Assembly (NCBI GenBank): GCA_963827955.1
Contig: CAWHDJ010000018.1
Coordinates: forward strand, 1,181,297 to 1,245,296
Reading direction: 5' to 3'
From: an uncultured delta proteobacterium
Lineage (GTDB): Bacteria > Myxococcota_A > Polyangia > Polyangiales > Polyangiaceae
Length of the DNA stretch: 64,000 nt
Under the pieces are notes generated by a model. That model saw only the letters and a list, made by a program, of their open reading frames with translations, was not told the DNA's origin and searched no databases. This document shows positions 37,577-47,790 of this stretch, one piece after another (position 1 is the stretch's first letter; each line of letters begins with the position of its first letter). The translations under genes and the position numbers were made by a program.

Positions 37577-37657
37577 CGCGGCTGAGCTCAACCGGAATTG
37601 AACCGCCAAGACGCCAAGGCGCCAAGACGCAAAAAGGAAATCATCTTTTTGGCGTCT
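37577..37657. terminator. long (about 35-bp arm) AT-containing palindrome/hairpin between sppA and the SDR gene
   Basis: TTGAACCGCCAAGACGCCAAG(GCGCCAAGACGC)AAAAAG-gaaatcat-CTTTTTGGCGTCTTGGCGTCTTGGCGGTTCAA; near-perfect inverted repeat with A/T runs flanking the loop, conspicuous in 72% GC DNA. Could act as a bidirectional terminator. Confidence 0.4.
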
Positions 37658-37696
37658 TGGCGTCTTGGCGGTTCAATCTCTTTCTCGAACAGGTCT

Positions 37697-39346
37697 TCAG
37701 CCGATCCGGAACCGCGCGGGCAGCACCATCCAGCTCGTCTCCCGCAGCACGGGCGCCGCGATCGCCGCGAGCGAGGCCTCGTCGAGCGAAGCCGGCAGCA
37801 CCGGCTCGTCCGGAGCCTCCACGTTCCACACCGGCGCGCCGGGCCCGAGGCCCGCGAGCTCTCGCGCCCGTGCGATGCCCGTCTCGAGGTCGCCCAGCTC
37901 GTCCACGAGGCCGTGGGAGAGCGCGTCCGTGCCGGCCCAGACGCGCCCGCGCGCGATCTCCCGCACCTTCTCGATCGAGAGGTGCCGGCCGTCGGCCACC
38001 TTGGCCACGAAGCGGTCGTAGATCTCGTGGTTCGCGCGGCGGAGGAGCGCGCGATCCTCCTCGCCGAGGGGCTTCGACGGGTCGAGCAGGAGGGCGAAGC
38101 GGCCACGGCGGATCTGCTCCGCGTGCAAGCCCCAGCGGGAGAAGAAGTCCTCGGCCACCAGCTTGCCGGTGAGCACACCGATGGATCCGGTGACGGTGGT
38201 GGGGGCGGCGATGACGCGGGTGGCGTGGGTGAGGACGTAGTAGCCGCCGCTCGCGGCGACGGCGCCCATCACGGCGACGATCGGCTTTTTGTCGCGGATG
38301 CGGGCGACCTCGCGCCAGATGAGGTCGCTGGCGAGGGCGGAGCCTCCGCCCGAGTCGACGAAGAAGACGACGGCGCGGGTCTGCTTGTCCTTCGCGGCGG
38401 CGCGCAGGGCGCGGACGAGGGTCTCGGCGCCGGCGATGGGGCCGCCCATCGGGAAGCGGCGGGACTTGCCGGGGACGATGCCGCCCGTGAGGGAGACGAC
38501 CGCGATGCGGCCGCCCGCGATCGACGGGACGCGCGCCCCGAGGAAGCGCTTCGCCTCGGCGAGCGGGCGGTGCTTGTCGCCGACGATCTCGTCCTCGTAC
38601 GCGAGCCGGTCGACGAGGCCCGCCTCCTTGGCGCGGGCGGCCGAGGTGATGCCCTCGTCGATCAGCGCGCGGAACGTGTCGGGGGAGAGGCGGCGGCTCG
38701 CGCCGATGGCGCCGGCGTAGTGCTCCACGAAGCGGTCGAGCAGGGCCTCGAGCTGCTCGCGGTGCGCGGGGCTCATCTCCTGCCGGACCAGGGTGTCGAA
38801 GGCGTTCTTGTACTCGTCGATGGCGAGCTTCTCGAAGCGGACGCCGAAGCGGGCGAGGGCGTCGCGCATGAAGGTGATGGAGAGCCCGAGGCCGCGGAGG
38901 CCGACGTCGGCGCTCTCGGGGACGACGATCTCGGCCGTGGCGGAGGCGACGTAGTAGCCGGTGAGGTCGATCTGGGTCAGGTATGCCATGGTCCGCTTGG
39001 CGGCGGCGAGCGCGCCGATGGCCTGGCGGAGGGCGAAGGCGGTGGCCGGGTCGACGTGGAGGGCGTCGATGTGGAAGACGACGCCGGTGAGCCACGGGGC
39101 GCGCGCGAGGGCTTCGAGGTCGGCGGTGATCTGCTCGAGCGAGGGGCGCGGGTGGAGGCCCTGGACCGGGATGGGCACGGGCAGGCCGAAGAAGCGGGGC
39201 CGCTCGGCGCGCGGGACGATGACGCCGGACAGCTCGACCACGACCCACGGGGGGCGCTCTCCGGGCAGGTGGGAGAGGGCGTTCCTGGCGCCGGCGCGGG
39301 CGGCCTGGACGGCGGTCTGGAGGGCGGCGAGGCGCTTTGGGCTCAT
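37697..39346 (-). CDS. sppA: signal peptide peptidase SppA (67K type, two ClpP-fold domains)
   Basis: The ORF is 549 aa with two ClpP/crotonase-like halves (GGIVPGKSRR, SGGGSALASD, AVAASGGYYVLTHA). Confidence 0.75.
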   Translation of the reverse strand: MSPKRLAALQTAVQAARAGARNALSHLPGERPPWVVVELSGVIVPRAERPRFFGLPVPIPVQGLHPRPSLEQITADLEALARAPWLTGVVFHIDALHVDPATAFALRQAIGALAAAKRTMAYLTQIDLTGYYVASATAEIVVPESADVGLRGLGLSITFMRDALARFGVRFEKLAIDEYKNAFDTLVRQEMSPAHREQLEALLDRFVEHYAGAIGASRRLSPDTFRALIDEGITSAARAKEAGLVDRLAYEDEIVGDKHRPLAEAKRFLGARVPSIAGGRIAVVSLTGGIVPGKSRRFPMGGPIAGAETLVRALRAAAKDKQTRAVVFFVDSGGGSALASDLIWREVARIRDKKPIVAVMGAVAASGGYYVLTHATRVIAAPTTVTGSIGVLTGKLVAEDFFSRWGLHAEQIRRGRFALLLDPSKPLGEEDRALLRRANHEIYDRFVAKVADGRHLSIEKVREIARGRVWAGTDALSHGLVDELGDLETGIARARELAGLGPGAPVWNVEAPDEPVLPASLDEASLAAIAAPVLRETSWMVLPARFRIG

Positions 39347-39406
39347 GCGCCGGGCAGCATAGCCAGGGCGGGCGGTGAAGGCGAACCGCCCGGACCCTCT
39401 CTGCCT

Positions 39407-40975
39407 TCACTGGAACTGAACGAAACAGCGGTAGGCGGTGCCGGTGTTCACCGGGTCCTGCGTGGCGGCGCGGAGCTCGAGGAGGAGGGTGGCGCCGCCC
39501 GTGACGGCGATCGGGCTGGTGTTGCCGAAGTTGGCCTTGGGGCTCGCGGGCTCGGGGCCGATGGGCTCGCCGAGCACGGTCGCCGGGGACTTGCCGTCGT
39601 GCAGCGTGGCCGAGAAGCCACCGAGGCCCGAGCCCGCGCGGTCGACCTCGCAGAGCAGGAAGGCGCCCGTGGCCGAGGCGGGCACCATCATCTGGAACCA
39701 GTCGACGTCGGGCTGGGAGGCGGCGGCCGGCGCGGAGATGTCGCCGTCGACCCCGTAGATGCCCGTGCTCGTCAGCGCGAGCATCTCGGCCGCCCCGGGG
39801 TCGTCGTTCTCCCCCTGCCCCGAGGGGCCCTCGAGTTCGGCCTGGCCGACGTAGTACGAGCCGATGAAGTGCTCGACGAAGTAGTAGTCCGTGGCCGGGC
39901 TCGACGTCGGCGCGGCGCTCTCGACGAAGAGGTAGTACGTGCCGCCGAGGGTGATCGGGAACGAGAGGTCGAGCGGGCCGTTGGAGTGGTCGTCGCCGTT
40001 GGTGAAGTCGGTCTGGTCGACCTGGGCGACGACGTGCTTGCCGGCCGCGTCGTCGGTGACCGTCGCCCGGATGGGGGAGGTCGAGCCGTCGCCGTCGTCG
40101 GCGCCCGTGGGCTGGACCCAGAGCTCCGCGCGGGGGCGCTCGCCCGTGTCGATGGCGGTGTCGAGCGGCGGGGTGAACGAGAAGACGTGCGTGTCCGTCG
40201 TGCTCCGGAAGGCGCCGTCGAGCACGTAGAAGCCGTACTCGCCCGCGTTCGCCATGGCCGGGAGCGCGTAGGGCACCTCTACCGCGTGGCCCGTGCTCCC
40301 GTCCTGCTCCGCGCCCGCGGCGACCTCGACCGGCGTGGCGAGCGCGTTCGTGCGGTAGACGAAGACCTGGTAGTCGAACGTCGTGACCTGGCTCGGATCG
40401 GTGTCGTTGCAGGGGACACCCGGGTGCGCGGCCGCGTAGGCGGAGCAGTCCTCGACCTCGATGTAATACGTGCCGTCCTCGGGGAGCGTGACGAAGAGCT
40501 GCGAGTCCGTCGAGCTGCTGGGCCAGCCGTCGTTGTCGCCGGCGATCGCCGTCTGGTCCGGGCCGAGGAGGGTGAGGTACGTGTCGATGACGGTCGGGTC
40601 GTAGCCGTTCGGGTTGGTGGAGAGGCCCTGGGCGATCGCGCCGAGGACGAGCATGTCGCCCTGCTTGCCCGTGAACGCGTAGTAGTCCGGCGTCTGGGTG
40701 CTCACGAGGGTGCCGTTCGTGGGCGGGGCGTCGATCTCGACGTGGAGCGCGCCGGTAGGGTCGTGCCCGGCGGACGCGCCGCCGGTGCTGGCCGACGTGG
40801 AGAACGAGCCCGTGCCGGTGCTGGCGTGCGAGGCGCTCGTCCCGGTCCCCGCGGTGCCGCCGGCGCCCGAGCTGCCCGAGAATGCCGCGGCGCCGCTCGC
40901 GCTGCACGCGGCCCCGAGCGCCGCCGTGCCGAGCACCACGAGGGCGACGCGCGCGCGCGAAAGTGAGGCAAGCAT
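39407..40975 (-). CDS. secreted lipoprotein with Gly/Ser-rich linker and beta-sandwich (PPC/pre-peptidase C-terminal-like) repeats
   Basis: It starts at the internal M (MLASLSRARVALVVLGTAALGAAC, lipobox). Repeated YY[IL]FVE / DYY.F segments are typical of PPC-like beta-sandwiches. Confidence 0.5.
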   Translation of the reverse strand: MLASLSRARVALVVLGTAALGAACSASGAAAFSGSSGAGGTAGTGTSASHASTGTGSFSTSASTGGASAGHDPTGALHVEIDAPPTNGTLVSTQTPDYYAFTGKQGDMLVLGAIAQGLSTNPNGYDPTVIDTYLTLLGPDQTAIAGDNDGWPSSSTDSQLFVTLPEDGTYYIEVEDCSAYAAAHPGVPCNDTDPSQVTTFDYQVFVYRTNALATPVEVAAGAEQDGSTGHAVEVPYALPAMANAGEYGFYVLDGAFRSTTDTHVFSFTPPLDTAIDTGERPRAELWVQPTGADDGDGSTSPIRATVTDDAAGKHVVAQVDQTDFTNGDDHSNGPLDLSFPITLGGTYYLFVESAAPTSSPATDYYFVEHFIGSYYVGQAELEGPSGQGENDDPGAAEMLALTSTGIYGVDGDISAPAAASQPDVDWFQMMVPASATGAFLLCEVDRAGSGLGGFSATLHDGKSPATVLGEPIGPEPASPKANFGNTSPIAVTGGATLLLELRAATQDPVNTGTAYRCFVQFQ

Positions 40976-41185
40976 CCCTTTGGGGTACACCCGCGAACGC
41001 CTGCGAACAAGCCGGGCGAGGCCCTGAGCGGGGGGAAGGCCGGGCCCGGGGGTGCTCCTCCTCGCGCGACGAGCGCGCGCAACGAGCCTGCGCAACGAGC
41101 GCGCGCAAAGAGGGCCGCGCTCGTCGTACGCTGCACACGTGCCACCGCCCACCGCCCACCGCTCCAGCTCCGCCGGGATCGCGCA

Positions 41186-42760
41186 GTGAAGCTCCAGCGG
41201 AGGGGCGGCCTCGCGGCCTCGTTCGCGCTCCTCGCGGCGCTCCAGTGGGCCGTCTCGTTCCTCGTCGCCGGGGCCATCCGCACGGTGGGCACGTACGACA
41301 CGGCCTATTACTACGTGATCGCGCGCAACCTCGCCCAGGGGCGCGGGCTCCTCGACACGGTGGTCTGGCAGTACCTCGGCGCGCCAAGGGCCGTGGCCCG
41401 GCCCGCGGGCGATTACTGGGAGGTGGGCTGGCCGCTCGTGCTCGGCGCGCTGATGCGCGTCTTCGACACCTCGCAGCGCGCCTCGATCCTCCTCTGCGCG
41501 GCGCTCTCGGGCCTGCTCCCGGTCCTCACGGCGCTCGTGGCCCGCCTCGCGACCCGCCGCGCCGACGTGGCGTGGACGGCGGGGCTCCTGGTCGTGGCGC
41601 AGACCCGCCTCTGGCCGACGGACGCGACGCCGGACGCCACGCTCGCGTACCAGCTCACGACCCTGGGCGCGCTCGCCGTGTTCTACCTCGCGCGGGACCG
41701 CGCCCTCTCGCCGGGCGCCCGCGTCGCCGCCGGCGCCGCGCTGATCCTGCCCGCGTACGTGCGCGGCGAAGGCTTCGTGGTCGCGGCGTGCTTGCTCCTG
41801 CTCCTCTTCTTCGCGGGCGAGGCCCCGCTCCGGGATCGCGCCCGTCGCCTCGCGCCGCCGATCCTCGGGGTGGCGCTCGTCGTCCTGCCCTTCACGATCC
41901 GCAACCAGCTCGTCTACGGGGAGCTCTTGCCCACGGGGCGATCGCTGCGCTTCTGGATGCGGACGCTGAAGGACCTCGACCGCTTCGCCTCCGATCCGAC
42001 GCCGGCCGCGTGGTGGGCGCAGGGGCCTTCGCGGCTGCTCTACGTGCGCTACCGATCGATCGTGGGGCACCTCGCGCAGCTCACGATCCAGATCCCGTGG
42101 CCGCTCCTCGTGCTTGCGGCGGTCGGCGTCGCCGTCCACGTCTCCGCCGAGCGCCGCCGCGCCGCGGCGATCCCGTCGCTCGTCGTGGCGTCGCTCCTCG
42201 TGCCCTGTCTCCTGGTCCCCATCGTCGCGAACCCCGACCGGTTCGTGATGAACACGCTGCCTCTCTTCTGCATCCTCGCGGCGCACGGGGTCTTCGCGCT
42301 CGTGGACAGGGCGCGCCGCGCCGTGGACCACCCCGCGGTCGCCGCCCTCGTCGTGGGCGCCGCCGTCCTCGCCTCGTCGCTCGTGTACCGCGAGGGCGGG
42401 AGCGCCTGGGACAACGTCCACGTCCTGCGGCTCTACGGCGACGCGCCGCCCGTGCTCTCGGACCCGGAGGCGATCGCGCCGCTCCGGCTCGGGCGCGACG
42501 ACGTGGTGCTCACCGACGACCCGCTGCGCGTGGCGGCGGTGCTCGACGTCGCGGCCATCTTCTGCCCGACGGACGGTCCCGCTGCCGTGGAGGCGCTGGT
42601 GGACAGGTACCGCCCCCGCTTCGTGCTGGTGGGATCGCGCGCCCTCGAGCGCCTGGTGAAGAGCGGCCGCTTCCCGTTCCGCGCGGTCTCCAGCGCGGGG
42701 GGCGCGACGTGGTACGAGCTCTCCGAGGGGGTGCGGAACGCGGACGGGAGCGCGCGTTGA
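41186..42760 (+). CDS. glycosyltransferase family 39/83 (ArnT/PMT-like) membrane protein
   Basis: There are about 11 TM helices. The N-terminal loop YDTAYYYVIARNLAQGRG matches the PMT_2/ArnT motif. Confidence 0.6.
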   Translation: MKLQRRGGLAASFALLAALQWAVSFLVAGAIRTVGTYDTAYYYVIARNLAQGRGLLDTVVWQYLGAPRAVARPAGDYWEVGWPLVLGALMRVFDTSQRASILLCAALSGLLPVLTALVARLATRRADVAWTAGLLVVAQTRLWPTDATPDATLAYQLTTLGALAVFYLARDRALSPGARVAAGAALILPAYVRGEGFVVAACLLLLLFFAGEAPLRDRARRLAPPILGVALVVLPFTIRNQLVYGELLPTGRSLRFWMRTLKDLDRFASDPTPAAWWAQGPSRLLYVRYRSIVGHLAQLTIQIPWPLLVLAAVGVAVHVSAERRRAAAIPSLVVASLLVPCLLVPIVANPDRFVMNTLPLFCILAAHGVFALVDRARRAVDHPAVAALVVGAAVLASSLVYREGGSAWDNVHVLRLYGDAPPVLSDPEAIAPLRLGRDDVVLTDDPLRVAAVLDVAAIFCPTDGPAAVEALVDRYRPRFVLVGSRALERLVKSGRFPFRAVSSAGGATWYELSEGVRNADGSAR

Positions 42761-42782
42761 TCGCGTGCTCCCGTAGGTGGCC

Positions 42783-45209
42783 TACTGGCCTTCGCAGGTG
42801 ATGAATGTCTCGGATCCGTCGGCGGGGTGGCCCGCGCCCACGAAGCGGATTCTGTCGCCGCTCTGTCGAGGGGCACTCGGCCACGATCTGCTCGTTCCCC
42901 ACGTTGGGGATCACGGTCGCGTCCACATAGCACCAGCCGTCGACGCCCGACGGCTCCGTCACGCTCTCCTGGCACGACGTGAGCTCGGCGCCGTGGGTCT
43001 GGGTGATCTCGCAGAAGCAGTCGCCGGAGACCGTCTCGTCGCGCTCGATCGCGGCGAGCACCACCGGGTCGGTGGCCGAGACGGCCTCGCGGGCCGCGCC
43101 GCAGGAGCACCCGCTGGGCCCCTTGGGCGTCGCCTCGAGGACCACGCACTGCACCTGGCCGGAGGCGTCGGGGTGGAGCGGGCGCGCGAGGCACTGGTTG
43201 CTGAGCCGCTGCTTGAGCCGGTCGATGATCGCCTGGACGGCGGGCTTGTAGCCGTAGTCCGCGGCGCTCGAGTCGTCGGTCTGCTTGGCGCAGATGGAGG
43301 CGACGATGCCCCCCGAGGTCGGGTCGTTGTCGTACATGCCCTTCACGATGGCGAGGTTGCGCACGCCCGGGTACGCCTTGGCCTGGTACTGCTGGGTCGG
43401 GTTGCCCGTCGGGTCGCTGCTGTTGGCCTGGCAGAGCGGGTTGTTCTGCTCGGGGGTGTTGCCGTAGCAGTTGCAGGCGCCGCTCGCGTCCTTCGAGCAA
43501 TCCCTCGGCTTGGGGATGGGGAAGGTGCACGCGTACTCGATGTCGTTCGCGGGGGAGGCGATGTTCCACTCGTGCCCGTTCAGCGCGTTCTGCGAGCCGA
43601 TCGAGAGGCCGGTGATCGGGTCCCGGCCCGTGCGGGGCACCGTCGACTCCTGCATGAACGGAGACCTGGGCGGCTGGTAGTTGTCCGGATCGCCGACGAT
43701 GTCCTCCCAGAACGTGTTGCCCAGCGGGTCCTTCATCGCGAGCTCGGCCGGCGTCTTGAAGCCGCCCTTCGGCGTCTTGTCCGAGGGATCGATCCCGTTC
43801 AAGAGGTCCGGCGCGCCGCTCGCCGTCTGCCGCGCGATGAGCTGCCAGGGCACGCCCGTGATGGTTGCGTAGTAGAGCAGGCTCGAGTCGCGCTGGGCGA
43901 GGAGCGGGTTCTGGAACGTGTTGCCGGCGTCGTCCTTCAGCTTCGTCTGCGTCAGCGCCGCCACGTAGCGCGAGGTCGGGTAGAGGAAGTCGATGCCGTA
44001 GCGCGCCTTGAGGCTCTCCTTGCCGTTGGTGAGGCCGAACGCGCGGATGCCGTGGCGCGGGTCCTCGTCGGCGGAGGAGTACTGCGGGTTCGAGGCGCAG
44101 GCGGGATTGGGCGGGCAGCCGTCCGGGGTGGGCAGGCCGCACGAGGTGCAGCAGCGGTCGCCCGGGCCCTTCGCCGGGTCGGTGCACTCCGCGCGGGCGT
44201 GGGGGAGGTAGTCGCCCTCCGCGAGGACGGGGTTGTAGGAGGACTGCTTGATGGACACGTCGGTCTCGTCCGTGAGGACGATGATCGCGAGGAGCGAGTC
44301 CGGACGGAGGAACTTCTGCCGCTCGTTGAGGAGATCCTTGTCGACGTGGTGATACGTGCCGAACTGGTTGTTGGCGAGGTGCTGCATGTCGAACGCGTCG
44401 AGCGTGTTGGTCTGCGTGTTCTCGACGCCGACGTTGAGCTTCGAGCTGTTCGGGTCCGCGACGAGGACCAGCGGCGCCGGGTCGACGAGGAAGTGGTACC
44501 AGGCCTCGTTCTGCTGCTCCCAGCCGCAACCCTCCTGGCCCGTCCCCTGCACGAGCTCGGTGAGGTTGGACGTGAACCGGGTGATGTCCGTCTCCCCGTT
44601 CGGCGTGAGCTGCTTGTTCGGGTCCCAGGCCAGGAACCCCTCGTTCTGGTACGTCGGCACGTCGGGGGCGGCGGCGTCGCACGGATCCGTGCGCGTGATC
44701 AAGTGGCCGAGGTCGTTGTTGGACGTGTTGGTCGAGCCCGTGGGGCACGTGTTGACGGCGCTGTCCGGGCAGCCCGACGCGCCGAAGGTCCCCATGCTCG
44801 ACGTGATGATGCCCACGTGGACGTCGGTGACGGGGGAAAACTCCCGCTGCGAGCCCGTGGGGCAGGCGGCCGTCGGGGTCCCCGGCTGCAGGTTGGCGGC
44901 GACGGGCTGGCCGGTCCTGCCGTCGAGGCAAGGCGGGTTGAGGATGCCGTTGATCAGGTTCGGCACGGCGGCGGCGAGGATGTCCTGCTTGTCCGCCATG
45001 GACGCGGAGTTGTCGATCATGAGGAGCAGGTCGATCTTGTCGACGCCGCTCTGCCGGAGGACGTCCGTCTCCGTCGAGGTGGTGAGCGGCTGGATTGGCG
45101 CGACCGGCCGATCGAGGCAGCCGGCGACGGCGGGCGCGGCGAGGGCGATGGAGGCGGCGGCGAGGCGGGCGGCGCGATGGACGCCTCCCCCCAGGGGTCG
45201 ACCCTTCAT
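42783..45209 (-). CDS. vWA-like (MIDAS DxSxS) secreted lipoprotein, Cys-rich; C-terminal frameshift near 42860
   Basis: The signal/lipobox is LAAASIALAAPAVAGC, with IDLLLMIDNSASMADKQD (MIDAS). The true C-terminus (..DRIRFVGAGHPADGSETFITCEGQ*) is in another frame, with stop at about 42783. Confidence 0.5.
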
Positions 45210-45636
45210 GACGAGCTCCTTTTCGAGCGCGGGCTTCGCGGCGCGATTTCGCGCGCTCGGGACGTGGGTGGGGGGTGCCCCCCGCCGCCCTCACGAAATC
45301 GTGATCGGGTCCACTGGTTTCCGTGCTGCGGTACGCTTCCGGCGCCGGTGGAACGTGGCGGGGGTGGACCGAGGTGACGTGGCGCAGCGGGTTGTGCGCC
45401 CGGGGCCTGGCTTGCGCTTCGGCGGCACGAACGTCACGTCGGCATCCCACACGCTCATGTCGAGCGTTACGCCGGCCATGTACTCCTCGTCGCGCGCTGT
45501 CAGCGCCTGCCGGAACTCCACCGAAACGATGACGGTGACGACCGCCACCGCGAAGATGATCCACGAGGCCGTGTTGCTCGGGTTCGTCACGTGGACGATG
45601 ACGAGAAGGCCCTCGCCGAGGACGCCGCCTGCGAGC

Positions 45637-46167
45637 TCAGTAAACGAGCCGCGGCTCCTGCTTCAGCTCGAACCGGAGCATGTTCTCGGTGATCACGCGG
45701 GAAGCCGTGGGGTTGAACCTCTGGCCCCAGTACTTCCCCAGGCCGACCGTCCGCGCCTCCTCGGCGTTCACCTTGTCCGTCTTCCCCTCGGTGATGCACT
45801 CGATCGTCGCGCCGCGGTCCCGCTCGTTCCAGGGATCGTTCATGAAGTGGTGGGCGTGAATCATCTCGTGCCCGAGGACGAGCGCCTCGTCGGTCGCCTG
45901 CGCCAGGATCGTGACGTCACACGGCTTTCCGGCGCTCGAGAGGTTGAAGTTGGCGTCGCCGGCGGGGCGCGCGCAGGCCGGTTGCTCGTCGAGGATGATC
46001 TCGCAGCTCCGCTCCGAGTTCACCAGCCAGCCGATGAGGGCTCGCCCGCCTCCGGAGAGCCAGCTCCCGTCCCTCGTGAGGGCGATCAGCCTCGCGGGCA
46101 GCCCCCGGGCAGGGTCGGCGCGCGAACCAGTAGTGGCCGGCGGGCGAACAGCGTAGAAGGGTACCAT
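45637..46167 (-). CDS. putative zincin/aspzincin-like metallopeptidase (HExxH)
   Basis: It has LVLGHEMIHAHHF (HExxH) and a downstream EGKTDKVNAEE that weakly resembles aspzincin GTxDxxYG. It has no signal peptide. Confidence 0.4.
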   Translation of the reverse strand: MVPFYAVRPPATTGSRADPARGLPARLIALTRDGSWLSGGGRALIGWLVNSERSCEIILDEQPACARPAGDANFNLSSAGKPCDVTILAQATDEALVLGHEMIHAHHFMNDPWNERDRGATIECITEGKTDKVNAEEARTVGLGKYWGQRFNPTASRVITENMLRFELKQEPRLVY

Positions 46168-46810
46168 GAACCAGGCTCCCCAACTTGCTCCCGACGCGAA
46201 CGCGCCTGCTCCCGGCGCGATGGTTGCCGCGCCTTCCTACCCACTCGCCCTCAGCCACCCCACGTACCGCGTGAAGCGCTCGTTTTGGTCCTTCCTCGGG
46301 CGGACGACGCGCGTGTTCGCGCCCGATGGATCGCTCGCCTGCTACATCTCCCAGTCGGCCTTCAAGCTCCGGCAGGAGATGACCCTCTTCGCCGACGAGG
46401 GCCAGACGCAGCCGATGATCCTGATGAAGGCGCGGCAGGCGATCGGCTTCAGCATCAACCACGACGTCTTCGACTCGCGCACCCAGCAGAAGCTCGGCAG
46501 CGTGCGGAACAAGGGCATCGGGTTCTTCCGCGACGAGTGGGAGCTCCTCGACGCGAACGACCAGCCCGTCGGCAAGATGCTCGAGATGGGCAGCGCCCTC
46601 CTCCGCCGCATCTTCCCGATCCTCAGGAACGGCAAGTGGGATGTCCAGGTCGGCGGGCAGGTCTGCGCGCAGGTGCGCGAGATGTGGCGCATGTTCGCCA
46701 AGGAGTACACGCTCGACCTGACGATGAACCAGGGCCGCCTGGACCCGCGCTTCGCCATGGCGTGCGCGGTCCTCGCGCTGAACCGCGAGGCGATGCGCGA
46801 AGCGAGGTGA
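46166..46810 (+). CDS. LURP-one-related/tubby C-terminal-like (DUF567/YxjI) family protein
   Basis: It is 214 aa and divergent from the metallopeptidase, with overlapping start codons (ACCATGAA). Confidence 0.4.
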   Translation: MNQAPQLAPDANAPAPGAMVAAPSYPLALSHPTYRVKRSFWSFLGRTTRVFAPDGSLACYISQSAFKLRQEMTLFADEGQTQPMILMKARQAIGFSINHDVFDSRTQQKLGSVRNKGIGFFRDEWELLDANDQPVGKMLEMGSALLRRIFPILRNGKWDVQVGGQVCAQVREMWRMFAKEYTLDLTMNQGRLDPRFAMACAVLALNREAMREAR

Positions 46811-46828
46811 TCCCGAAGCGCCGGGGGC

Positions 46829-47777
46829 TCACCGGGGGCGCAGGCGCCAGACGTGGAACCGATCGGTGGCGTTGGCGTGGAAGTAGACGTACCCGTCGCG
46901 CCCCCACGTCGGGTGGCACGCCTCGCGGTCGCCCTCGGTGAGCTGGACGAGGCCCGAGCCGTCTGGGCGGACCGTGAACAGGTCCGCCTGTCGGGCCTCG
47001 AGCGTGGCGTTCACCGAGCAGAACACGATCCGATCCCCGTCCGGGGACCACGCGGGCTCGACGTCGTCGCTCGGGCCCTCGGTGATCTGCGCCGCGCCCG
47101 TGCCGTCGGCGTTCGCGGCGAAGAGGTGCGCGCTCCCGCCCGACGTGCGCACGAACGCGAGCCGCTTGCCGTCCGGGCTCCACGCCGGCTCCGTCCCTTC
47201 GCCGGAGACCTTGAATCCGCGGGCGTCCGGCCTGGAGAAGGCGAGGGCCGCGTCGAAGTGGCGCGCGGTGCGCCAGCCGGTGCGGTACACGGCCATGTTC
47301 GCCATGCTCATCGCGATGGTCGAGCCGTCCGGCGACACCGCGGGCCACTCGCCCGCGAACCCGACCTCGCCCGCGTCGGCGACCAGCGGCGGCTTGCCGG
47401 AGCCGTAGCCGATCATCTGCATCAGCGTGCGCCCCGGCGGCCCGACGGAGAAGAAGAACAGGGCCGAGCCGTCCGGCTTCCAAGCCGGCTCGAGCCCCGT
47501 CACGTCTCCCGAGCTGTACGCGATCGTCCCTGACCCGCCCGAGTCCACCCCATCGAGCGACATCACCTCGATGCGGGGCGGCGCGTCGGGCGAGGCGGCC
47601 ACCTCGTAGGCGATGGACTTCGCGTCGGGCGAGACGGCCGGGTCGAGCTCGTTCTCGTCCGAGCGCGTGACCTGCGTCAGATCCGTCGCCGCGTCCGTCG
47701 CCGAGAGCGGGCGCCACACCGCCGGGGAGCACGCCACGAGCGCCGTCGATCCTGCGATGAGAAGCACGCGCTTCATG
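46829..47777 (-). CDS. TolB-like periplasmic beta-propeller (PD40/WD40-like repeats) lipoprotein
   Basis: It starts at the internal M (MKRVLLIAGSTALVACS). PD40-like motifs recur: SPDAKSIAY, AWKPDGSALFF, VSPDGSTIAMS, AWSPDGKRLAFV, AWSPDGDRIVF. Confidence 0.6.
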
Positions 47778-47790
47778 GCCGCTCTCCCTC

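Noticed and set aside
45291-45590. A 99-aa ORF upstream of the vWA lipoprotein (MTNPSNTASWIIFAVAVVTVIVSV...).
   Set aside because: It has one hydrophobic stretch, but the rest is low-complexity. It has no support beyond the ORF itself, so it is left unannotated.
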